Assembly: GCA_013044165.1 (NCBI GenBank)
Contig: JABEVB010000225.1
Coordinates: forward strand, 11,854-75,853
DNA length: 64,000 bases
Direction of reading: 5' to 3'
Origin: Phycisphaerales bacterium
Lineage (GTDB): Bacteria > Planctomycetota > Phycisphaerae > WQYP01
The translations under genes and the position numbers were made by a program. This document shows, in pieces, positions 9,164 to 17,974 of this stretch. Numbering within the stretch: the first letter of the stretch is position 1; every line of letters begins with the position of its first letter. A model generated the notes under the pieces. It did no database searches and had not been told where the DNA came from. It worked only from the letters and a program-made list of their open reading frames with translations.

Positions 9164-9988
9164 ATGACAACAACGGCGTTACCGCTTGATTCCATCGAGG
9201 CCATCAAAGAATTGTTGCAAAATCCAAAGCTCGGCCTTCAACGATTGGATGACACCTCACCCGCGCCGCTCGCGGCGGCTGCTTCCCGCCTCCGACTCGC
9301 CCCCAATAAGTACCCCAAAAATGCCGCCGCTGACGATGCGTTCAACCCCCTGCTGCCGCGACTGGGCATTCACGAATGGTTTTATGAAAGCCCCGGCATA
9401 TGCGATGCCAACGACCGCCGCCATTGGTTTGCACCGCTGACCACGCTGGCGCATCTGGCGGCAGCGGCCCGGCAGGCTTCCAAGCGACCGCTCATCTTCT
9501 GGATCGGTTCAGTCTGTCACCCAAGCATTTATCTTTTGGAATCGGTATTGCCGGGCGGCATCTGGCAATCTTGCTGTATTCTCATAAGTCCGAAAAATGC
9601 GGGCGATCGCTTCTGGGCTATTGAGCATACCCTGCAATCCACCGCCGCGGCCGCAGTGGTGGCCGATGTGTCACAATGCTCGGCAACGCAAAGCCGCCGC
9701 CTGCAGCTTGCCGCGGAAGCCGGCAAAGGCATCGGTCTTTTAGCCCGGCCACCATGGGAACAACACGACATCTCCAACGCCGCCACCCGTTGGATGGTTT
9801 CGCCGACGCCGGCAACCAGTAACCACCCCACGTGGCAACTTAAACTGCTGCGCAGCCGCGGGCCATTGCCTGTTCCATTGCATCACGTCAGCACCTGGCG
9901 GCTGATGTGGCATTGGGACAACACCCACGACCGCGGCCAACTGCAAATAACCACCCATGCGGCCGCTCCATCACCCCCCGATGATTGA
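9164..9988 (+). CDS. imuA: ImuA-like (RecA/SulA-fold) SOS mutagenesis protein; orphan
   Basis: GIHEW, IFWIGS, DRFWAIEHTLQS, SRRLQLAAEAGKGIGLLARP, ATRWMVSP and WQLKLLRSRG match the ImuA pattern as I remember it. No imuB or dnaE2 in the window. Confidence 0.5.
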   Translation: MTTTALPLDSIEAIKELLQNPKLGLQRLDDTSPAPLAAAASRLRLAPNKYPKNAAADDAFNPLLPRLGIHEWFYESPGICDANDRRHWFAPLTTLAHLAAAARQASKRPLIFWIGSVCHPSIYLLESVLPGGIWQSCCILISPKNAGDRFWAIEHTLQSTAAAAVVADVSQCSATQSRRLQLAAEAGKGIGLLARPPWEQHDISNAATRWMVSPTPATSNHPTWQLKLLRSRGPLPVPLHHVSTWRLMWHWDNTHDRGQLQITTHAAAPSPPDD

Positions 9989-10182
9989 ATCATCACCACA
10001 TTGTTACCTGCGGGCTATGGCTGTGCATCCATTGACACCAGCCACTCCTTGCTTACCCACATCATCCTCACTCCATGCAAACACCCCACGGGGCAGCCGC
10101 AAACAACTCAATCCGCAGGCGATTGGCCCCCGTCGCAAATTGTTGGCGATCGCGATTCAGATAGCTTACGCACCAGAATGGT

Positions 10183-12348
10183 TCATGGGGCCGGCTTCAC
10201 ACCGCGGGCCGCCCAAAGACGAGTCATGCGTTCAATACCCGCGGTCAGTTCAGCGTTGCCTGCCGCCCAATATTTACACACGGGCGTGCCCGACGCGGAC
10301 TTACATTCAATGCCATAGGCCGAGAGCGAAACATGGGCTTTGCGGCATAAGATAATAAGCGGAGCGAGCCGCGCATCCATGCTTGCGTCCTCGTAACTGG
10401 ACCAATTCGGCCCAGGCAATGCCGTATGTATGTCCGCCAGCAATTCCGATACAATTGCATGGCCCGGCGTGTGCACATAAATCGCAACCGTGTGGTCAAA
10501 AGTGCGCCACTGCCGGCTTACAAACGCAATTCGATACAGCGCGCCGCTACCATGCCTTTCGTTGCGAGCATCATCGAGCGCACACGCACATAGCGGCCCG
10601 GCATACGCTTTGCGCTGCAGCAACTTAAACGCGCTAGACTTGGTGGCCCAAAAGCAGGCATGCCGCCGCACGGCCTTAACCAGCCGCGGAACAACAATGG
10701 CTCGATCATGGTACATCAGATGCCAAACCCCATCATATTGAACATCGCTTATGGGTAGGCGCAGCGTGGTTGCCAGGAGCCACAGGGCGCGAACTGATTG
10801 CCCATCAAGCTTCATGCCCTGCAGTGCATTCATCGCCTCTTTCTGCACCGAGGGGTGGCGACTATGCAGCAGATGACATAGTATCCGCTGACTTTGCGGG
10901 CCGCTGTCGGCGGCAAGCTCACGGCACGCATCGCGCATGCTTGCCGGCGATGCCGCAAAAGCCAGCGCAACATTTTCAATGATGCTCGCTTGACTGCCCC
11001 ACACAAGCATGGCCGAACGCTCACCCGCTGGCAATTGCATCGCCCAGAGGTACCAAGGCTTAATCGCCAGCCGGAATTGCGCAAGGCTCCCGCGCGGGGC
11101 CTGCCTGTTTTCATCGCCGTGCCGGGCCGCCACCGCAGGCGCGGGCAAGCCGCCGGCAAATCTTCTAAAATGCCGGCTCTGACATAGACCCCTCATATAT
11201 GAGATAGCTTGCGATTGAGCCTTGTGCGACTGCGCGACAATAACAGGCGAGACTTCATGCCACACATTTGGTATATTTTGCCCGATGACCACAATGCCAT
11301 GATGCGTCGGATTGGCGCCTAAGGCCAGCATCAGCAAAAACAGCGCATCCGTTCGCGAATTCTTGTAATACGACCGGCTGAATGTGGGCCGCCCCTGCGG
11401 CGAAAGGTTCGCCCCGCGGTGGACTGCCGGGTAAAACGCTGCGTTCATAAGATAGCCAACGGCCGCCCGAGGTCGGCAGGCGGCAAATAACTCGGCGTAG
11501 ACCAGCTTATTGAGTCGGACGGCTCGCTTGCGATAACCAACGTGCTCCGGCCCCGGCGATTCAAAACCTGCCAGGTGCGCCAACAGCACCTGCTGCAAAG
11601 TGGGTGCGCTCCAGTGCGTTAAAAGAGCCATGATTCGATCACGGTCTGCTGCGTAAAAGCGATGGATTTCACCGCCAGGTCGAGGCGCCAGTATTACACC
11701 AGGCGACGTCTGTGGCGGCGGCAGCAGTTTATACAATGGCTTCCATACGCGCCCACCGCCATAGAATACGAAGTCGGCATCGTCATTGACTTTCGCCGCG
11801 AGCCAAAACAGCTCCTCGGCTCCTTTGGCATCCGGCGGCATCTTCCACAACACATTCATCACCGACAGCCGCACATACCGGCTCGAGTCGAGCAAAAGGG
11901 TATCAAGCAAGGCATACCGGAGCACATCATCAGAAGGTGCCAGCCCTGCGATACGCTTCAACGAAGCCGCACGCATCCGCCGACTCGGAGCAAAGGCTTC
12001 TTCAATTGCCTTTTGAGCAGTTGGCACAAGTGTATATTGCTGCAGAGACGCTCGCTCCGATGGCGGTAGCGACACCAGCCAGCGGTTCCAGTTTATTAAA
12101 CCTTTCATTTGCAACCGCACGGAAGCGGATTGTTGTGTACCGGGCGGTAGTGCTCCGTTGTGCAGTCCGGATTGCTGTTCAAAACGATTCAGCGATTGCC
12201 GCAGCAAATGCGGCCAGTCGTCCAACTTATTGGCAAAGCCACCCTGCGAAGCCCGTACCCCTTGTCCAGCGCCAGCCAACAGCAAACTCACCGCCACCAC
12301 AACGAGAGTGCAATACCGTGTGTGCCAATTCATGCCGCATGTTTGCAT
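10183..12348 (-). CDS. secreted protein of unknown function with two-fold internal duplication (HEAT-like helical modules)
   Basis: Signal peptide (VVVAVSLLLAGAGQGVRA). The module W..LPPSERAS...AFAPS..MRAA...MNVLW...LFWLAA recurs as W..LPAGERSA...AFAASPASMRDA...MNALQ...LWLLAT. An alternative ATG is at 12333. Confidence 0.6.
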   Translation of the reverse strand: MQTCGMNWHTRYCTLVVVAVSLLLAGAGQGVRASQGGFANKLDDWPHLLRQSLNRFEQQSGLHNGALPPGTQQSASVRLQMKGLINWNRWLVSLPPSERASLQQYTLVPTAQKAIEEAFAPSRRMRAASLKRIAGLAPSDDVLRYALLDTLLLDSSRYVRLSVMNVLWKMPPDAKGAEELFWLAAKVNDDADFVFYGGGRVWKPLYKLLPPPQTSPGVILAPRPGGEIHRFYAADRDRIMALLTHWSAPTLQQVLLAHLAGFESPGPEHVGYRKRAVRLNKLVYAELFAACRPRAAVGYLMNAAFYPAVHRGANLSPQGRPTFSRSYYKNSRTDALFLLMLALGANPTHHGIVVIGQNIPNVWHEVSPVIVAQSHKAQSQAISYMRGLCQSRHFRRFAGGLPAPAVAARHGDENRQAPRGSLAQFRLAIKPWYLWAMQLPAGERSAMLVWGSQASIIENVALAFAASPASMRDACRELAADSGPQSQRILCHLLHSRHPSVQKEAMNALQGMKLDGQSVRALWLLATTLRLPISDVQYDGVWHLMYHDRAIVVPRLVKAVRRHACFWATKSSAFKLLQRKAYAGPLCACALDDARNERHGSGALYRIAFVSRQWRTFDHTVAIYVHTPGHAIVSELLADIHTALPGPNWSSYEDASMDARLAPLIILCRKAHVSLSAYGIECKSASGTPVCKYWAAGNAELTAGIERMTRLWAARGVKPAP

Positions 12349-12453
12349 AGGCGCCGTCCAAAATACTATCTTCTTAAAACCATGTTATACTTTCTTGTGA
12401 TTAGCGACAACGCCGCTCTTGGCGGCAGATGCGGCAGGCCAGCGAGGTAACGC

Positions 12454-14796
12454 ATGTTGAATCGTCCATCATTTAAGCGACTCCTCAAATATTGCTGCGT
12501 GGCAGCCGCATCCTGCACTTTGGCTTTAGCTTCGCACGCTTGTGCCGCCCCGCACGCAGCCCACCTTATGCCGCCCCCCATCCCCAAGCCTCCACCCGCG
12601 CAACTTTACATTCGTCGCTTTAATATCCACGCACCATGCATTACCGCCCTGGCCGTATCCGTATCAGGAAGGCTCTGGTTTGGCACCGAGGGTCAGGGGA
12701 TTGTCTCGTATAACCCAAAGGCGCCGACCGCACGCGTTTGGCAGCACTTCACCAGCCGCGACAATGCCCCCAACAACGTCTACGCACTGGCCTGCGACCG
12801 CGATGGACGCGTATGGGCCGGGAGTTTGAACCATGGGGTGTGTGTTTATAACGGCCGAAGTTGGAGGGATTACGCCGTGGCAGCCGGACTCGGTTACCGA
12901 TCCGCCACCCACCATGGCGTGGGGCAAACTCATTCGGCGCATTATCCTGCTATTGGTCCATTGGGGTCGCGCATCTTTGCCATCGCCATCTCGCCGCTGG
13001 ATGCCAGCGTGTGGCTCGCCACCAATCGCGGCCTTAGCCGCTACAACACAATTACACACGCCTGGCAGTACTACACGACCGCCAACGGATTACCCGCCAA
13101 TGCCCTTTCGTGCCTCGCCTTTACGCCGGACGGAAAACTGTTTGTCGGCACGCAATGCCATGGGCTGGCGATAAGCGGCCCTGCGAGCCATTACGCCCAG
13201 TGGATCCACGTCCGCGGACCCGATCACCTGCTGACCAAGCCGCGCGGCAGTGGTTTGCCAAGCAATCTAATCAACTGCGTTTTAATTGCGAGAAATCCCG
13301 ACGCACAAAACCACCACGCTTATACCGTATATGTCGGTACCGACGGTGGCCTGGCATGGAGCAAAAATGCCGGCAGAAGCTTTATATTCCTGCGCGGCCG
13401 TAACTACGCCGATAAGGTTCGCGGCATGTGGCATCGGCCGCTGCATTGGCAGTCCCCTTCGGCACACTTGCTCACGACAATGCTCTCATCTGATTATGTC
13501 ACCTGCCTGGCGCAGGCAACAAATGGCGACGTATGGATTGGGCACCGTGCCACCGGCTTCGATGTGCTTAACACAGGCAACAACAACATTCGTCAATCCT
13601 TCGGCAGCAGGGGCACCACACATATTGCAGGGTTTGTCGCCAGCCTGCTCGCTTTACCCGGCAACACCATGATGATTGGCGGCTATGAGGACGGCTTATT
13701 TGAGCGCGTTACCCTCGAGTCCCAAGCGATGCACCCCCCAACAAAACCTGCCGCCAACGCCACCCCGCCACCCTTTCCGGCCAGCGCCAAGCCACCCACC
13801 GCATCGCAAATTCAACAACTGATTACCTTGGTGAAGCGCGGCCAAGGCCCCGCAACGGCTGCCGCCTCATTCGGGCAAGACTGGCAAACACAAGGCGATT
13901 GGCTGGGGCGCTACGGTGTTAACTTTGCCCGGCTCTGCGCAGGCAAGCGCAATTTCGTCAATGATGAGGAACGATTCTTCGGAGGCCTCGCTCAAGCCAA
14001 TATCCAGCGACTCTCATCCCCGCACCAAAATGAAGGTGATGTCGCCTACTACCTCTCCTGGACTCATTCGCAGCTTCGCCGAACGCTCTTCTTCCCCGAC
14101 GCCAGCGAACGCATAGAAGGCGAATGGAACGATGCCGGCGGCCGCTACAATCGCTTTTACCAAGGCCCGGATATGTGGCTGCGCGTAGCCGTACCGCGGG
14201 GCTTGTATAAAGTCAGCTTCTATTTTCACAACAAAGATGGCCAGTACCACGAAAACGCCCTCCGCGATTTTGTTGCAAAGGTCTATCGTGGCCTGGCTGG
14301 ACCACGCTATGCCTGGCTGCACGAAAAACCCCTTGCTCGAAGCCGCGTCATGCAGTTTTGGGGTGGCGTTTATGTATCCTTCATTCTCAAAGGCCCGCAC
14401 GCTTACCTGGTACGACTCCAACGCAACAATGGCTTTTGGATGCCCGTGCAAGGCATGTTTATGGATCGCCTCGCCGGGCCAAAGCTCGACGCCGGCTATA
14501 CCAATCTTGATGGCCTGCCCATCACCAACTACCGCCCGCCAAACCTGCCGCCCAAACCAACCCCGGCTCTCGCGCCGGCGCTGCAACTTTGGCAACTCCT
14601 TAGCGAGCCATCGAGCTACAGCACAACAGATTTAGCATTGCAATGGCCCATGCGTGTGCTCGCATACCGATATATGCAGGCCAACCACGCCTCCGATCAG
14701 TTGCTGCAGCACTGCCGCTGGAAGTTATGCCTGTGGCAGCCAAGCGACCGCCGGAAATTTAACGCCATGATGGCCGAACTGGCCAACCGGCCATAA
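12454..14796 (+). CDS. secreted two-component-regulator-propeller (Reg_prop) repeat protein with uncharacterised C-terminal W/Y-rich domain
   Basis: GAGGT SD. Signal peptide. Repeats of the type NNVYALACDRDGRVWAGSLNHGVCVYNG..W, VWLATNRGLSRYN, LFVGTQCHGLAI, VWIGHRATGFDVL. Confidence 0.7.
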   Translation: MLNRPSFKRLLKYCCVAAASCTLALASHACAAPHAAHLMPPPIPKPPPAQLYIRRFNIHAPCITALAVSVSGRLWFGTEGQGIVSYNPKAPTARVWQHFTSRDNAPNNVYALACDRDGRVWAGSLNHGVCVYNGRSWRDYAVAAGLGYRSATHHGVGQTHSAHYPAIGPLGSRIFAIAISPLDASVWLATNRGLSRYNTITHAWQYYTTANGLPANALSCLAFTPDGKLFVGTQCHGLAISGPASHYAQWIHVRGPDHLLTKPRGSGLPSNLINCVLIARNPDAQNHHAYTVYVGTDGGLAWSKNAGRSFIFLRGRNYADKVRGMWHRPLHWQSPSAHLLTTMLSSDYVTCLAQATNGDVWIGHRATGFDVLNTGNNNIRQSFGSRGTTHIAGFVASLLALPGNTMMIGGYEDGLFERVTLESQAMHPPTKPAANATPPPFPASAKPPTASQIQQLITLVKRGQGPATAAASFGQDWQTQGDWLGRYGVNFARLCAGKRNFVNDEERFFGGLAQANIQRLSSPHQNEGDVAYYLSWTHSQLRRTLFFPDASERIEGEWNDAGGRYNRFYQGPDMWLRVAVPRGLYKVSFYFHNKDGQYHENALRDFVAKVYRGLAGPRYAWLHEKPLARSRVMQFWGGVYVSFILKGPHAYLVRLQRNNGFWMPVQGMFMDRLAGPKLDAGYTNLDGLPITNYRPPNLPPKPTPALAPALQLWQLLSEPSSYSTTDLALQWPMRVLAYRYMQANHASDQLLQHCRWKLCLWQPSDRRKFNAMMAELANRP

Positions 14797-14900
14797 AATA
14801 TGCTGCTAAAGCGGTTATCGTAGCCGTGACCTGCAGTCTGGTTTTGCTCAACCGCAACAACGTGCAACCTCCAAGGTTCGCTATAAACGGAAGGACTTTT

Positions 14901-16409
14901 ATGCTAACGCCGCTAAAATACCGCCGTCTGGCTCTTGCTGCCTGTATAACAGCGGTCATGTCCGGAGCCATCGGCATCGCCACGGCCTTGGCCGCCGCGC
15001 CCGGCAACCAAATTGTTCTCACCCCCAGTCATCCAAAGGCCACCAGCACGGCTCCAACCGCAGCCCCTCCCATCAAGGTAAACATTTCGACCCTCGTCGC
15101 CCCGTTGCCGGCAACCGTAAACACTTCCACCATCGTTGCCCCACTACCAGCCCCGGCAACCGCACCGGCCGCCACACAGCATCTGCCCCCACAAAATAAC
15201 CCGGCCCGGCAAAAGCATATTCAGAAACTCATTCACGCTTTGCTTAGCGACCGCTACGAAGTGCGCCACGCCGCAGCCACCAAACTTCTCGCCTTGGGCG
15301 ACATCGCCCTGCCCGCCATGAAAACCGCCCTCCAGGGGCTTACGACGCCTGAAATGCGCCATTTGCTGCGGCAAAACATCCGAGAAATAACGCAGGCCGA
15401 CCTCCTGCGCGGACCGCTCATCACGCTTAATCTTAAAAATGTATCCGTCAATGAAGCGCTTAAAGCCATATGCAAGCAGGCTGGCAGTCATATTTCGTAC
15501 ATGCAACCCAACTCGGCCGGGACGGTAAGCCTCAGTGTGGTCAAACAACCATTTTGGAAGGTCATCCAAACCATTGCCGAAAGCACCGGGGTTTCGCCCA
15601 TGATGGGCTATTACAATAACACACCAGGCATAGCTTTTGGCCCAAGCGGCCTGCTGCAAAAAGGCGACTTTGCAACGTTCGACGGTCTCTTCGCCGTTAC
15701 ATTTCAAAGCCTCATTATGCAGCGCACCATCGCGTTTAACGGCGCCAACCCGCAAAGGAATAACTCATTCACGGCCTCGATGGACATGCTTGCCATCCCG
15801 GGGATGGTCGGCCCGCTGCAGGTGCAACAGCCCGTGATTTCCAAAGCAACCGACAACAAGGGCAACTCGCTTATATCTCACAACCCGATCAATCAATGGT
15901 GGCAGCAGCAGGGCTATATCAGCGCCGTTACCAATACCACAGCGCAACTGCAGTGGCCTAAACACCACGGAACCTCCATTCGCGAGCTTAAGGGCTATAT
16001 ACCCGTTATGGCCAGCATGCACCAAAAGGTCATCACCTTAACACTCAACAAAAAGGGAAAGGCCCATGCCATCGTCGGCGGCTTTACGGTATCCATCAAC
16101 AACCTGCATAAGGTTGGCAACATGTGGCAGTATCAATATGTAGTGCAAACACGCTATGGCTCAAACAACCTTTCGCCGGCTCTGCAGAACATGGCCAATC
16201 AGCTTGAAAACTTTAATGCGATCCAATGCTACAGTGCCACCGGCGCTCTGCTGCCATATGGCGGTGGCGGCGGCGGGGGCAACCAAGCCCGATATGCGCT
16301 TCAGGAGAACGTTCAAAACGGTAAGCCGGCAAAGTTCGTCCTGACCGTATACCTCGAGCAGCAAAACTTCCAGGTTAAATTTGACTTTAAAAATGTGCCG
16401 ATGCCCTGA
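14901..16409 (+). CDS. secreted protein of unknown function (HEAT-like segment plus STN-like segment)
   Basis: Start moved to the ATG at 14901 after GGAAGGA. Signal peptide LAACITAVMSGAIGIATALAAAPG. VRHAAATKLLALGDIALPAM is HEAT-like; ITLNLKNVSVNEALKAICKQAG is STN-like. Contains a Gly7 run. Confidence 0.6.
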   Translation: MLTPLKYRRLALAACITAVMSGAIGIATALAAAPGNQIVLTPSHPKATSTAPTAAPPIKVNISTLVAPLPATVNTSTIVAPLPAPATAPAATQHLPPQNNPARQKHIQKLIHALLSDRYEVRHAAATKLLALGDIALPAMKTALQGLTTPEMRHLLRQNIREITQADLLRGPLITLNLKNVSVNEALKAICKQAGSHISYMQPNSAGTVSLSVVKQPFWKVIQTIAESTGVSPMMGYYNNTPGIAFGPSGLLQKGDFATFDGLFAVTFQSLIMQRTIAFNGANPQRNNSFTASMDMLAIPGMVGPLQVQQPVISKATDNKGNSLISHNPINQWWQQQGYISAVTNTTAQLQWPKHHGTSIRELKGYIPVMASMHQKVITLTLNKKGKAHAIVGGFTVSINNLHKVGNMWQYQYVVQTRYGSNNLSPALQNMANQLENFNAIQCYSATGALLPYGGGGGGGNQARYALQENVQNGKPAKFVLTVYLEQQNFQVKFDFKNVPMP

Positions 16410-16835
16410 TTGCCTGCGGAACAATCACCGCATGAACAGCGCCAATTATTACGGCTTGCCACCCATGTTCGGCTGCCATATCGTTCTCCGCAGCCATAAG
16501 CGAGCCAAACCATCCCGGCAAATAACCAATCATCCGCGGACGAAAACGCCGTGCACTCTTACCACCTGTTTAGTAAATGTATGGACGGATTGCAGGGGAG
16601 CGGTTAACCGCAGCGGCCGCGCGCTCTCACGCGCAACACCGTGCTAAGCAGCTACCGCCATTGTTTGGTTTCTTGATTTGTTTGGCTGCAGCCTCCCCCA
16701 CCGCCAAATCGGTCTTCACCTGTAATTTTAAAACCCGCACCAGCGCATGGGCCGAGCGCTCTTACTTTCTGATGCGCCGCGAGACTCACCTCGGGGCTTC
16801 ACCGTCCCCACCGATTCTCTACCCATGAGGCCGCG

Positions 16836-17825
16836 TTAAAATGCAAACGGAACCACGCCACTGGAATAGCCACCACATTGCATCCTAAGATGCCAATTGA
16901 CCGGTTTGCTCATATTGTACAGGTCACCCATGGCTTGTTCATAGGGAGCCCAGCTTACGTGGCCGTCCATATAACATTTGTTTCCACCGTAAGGCTCTCC
17001 AGCGCCATTGACATGATTGCTGCCTGATCCTTGATAATAGCCGGGGGCCGGCGCCCACTTGTTTTGAAAGTAAACCATAGCGTCGGCGATAAGCGGTATG
17101 TCAGACGGACTAAAGTTAGCGTCCAACCCGGTTGGATCCGGCGTGAGTTTGCTTTGAAACAGCGGCGGCGGCCCGTTAAACGTCACTTTGGCGAATATGC
17201 TGCTAAGGACGGGCGCAGTCGCAGTCCCCTGCAGGTTACAGCCTTCTTGAAAGAAGCTATTGCCGATGCCATAGTAGTTACCCCATGGAGCATTGCTGCT
17301 GACTGGCATCACGACAGGCCGCTGAAGCAGCCACGCATAGTCCGTAACCGCCCACCCCAACGCAGAGCCGTACACCGCGCCCGGCGGAAGGTTGGCTGGC
17401 TTAGAGGGTATGGACCCGTTGTTAGACCAGCCATTCCATAAGGTATCCATTCCCATGTCCTGTACCAAATTGGATGGACAATAGAAATTGCCTTCGCTGG
17501 CGCCGTAGTTTGTGATGCCCTGCCGCATGCCAAAGGGCAAATCCCAAAGCCAATAGCCGTCGCCAACATTCGAGTAGGGTGTCGAAGAGGGTGTGGTATC
17601 CATGACGTCCGGCAGCAGCCCTCGGTTACTGTCCGAATACAGGGCCAAGGCTTGGTAGTCGTTGTGCAAATTCGAGGCACACACGACGCGGTTGGCCAAC
17701 TCATGTGCCATGCGAAGTGCCGGCAGCAGGAGTGCCATCAAGATCGCGATGACGGAAATGACCACCAGCAACTCGATCAACGTAAAGGCCCCACGCCCTG
17801 TTTTTCGTCCGACTACTTTCATCAT
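16836..17825 (-). CDS. DUF1559 / H-X9-DG family protein with prepilin-type N-terminal methylation motif
   Basis: GAFTLIELLVVISVIAILMALLLPAL at the N-terminus; C-terminal GGNKCYMDGHVSW. Hallmark family of Planctomycetota. Confidence 0.85.
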   Translation of the reverse strand: MMKVVGRKTGRGAFTLIELLVVISVIAILMALLLPALRMAHELANRVVCASNLHNDYQALALYSDSNRGLLPDVMDTTPSSTPYSNVGDGYWLWDLPFGMRQGITNYGASEGNFYCPSNLVQDMGMDTLWNGWSNNGSIPSKPANLPPGAVYGSALGWAVTDYAWLLQRPVVMPVSSNAPWGNYYGIGNSFFQEGCNLQGTATAPVLSSIFAKVTFNGPPPLFQSKLTPDPTGLDANFSPSDIPLIADAMVYFQNKWAPAPGYYQGSGSNHVNGAGEPYGGNKCYMDGHVSWAPYEQAMGDLYNMSKPVNWHLRMQCGGYSSGVVPFAF

Positions 17826-17912
17826 ACACCACCCTTTTTTGTAACTAGCGCTACGGCCTCATAACAGCAGGCCGAGCCATTAATTAATTGCGCTCCTGGC
17901 TGCAAAGAGTCA

Positions 17913-17937
17913 GCGGGGCCTGCAATCCCAGCCCCGC
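17913..17937 (-). terminator. candidate intrinsic terminator after the PEP-CTERM gene
   Basis: GCGGGGC-N11-GCCCCGC hairpin about 40 nt past the stop at 17975, followed on the minus strand by TGACTCTTTGC, a weak U tract. Confidence 0.3.
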
Positions 17938-17974
17938 CGACCAACTCTGTTAACTCCAAAGCACGGCGCCCTCA

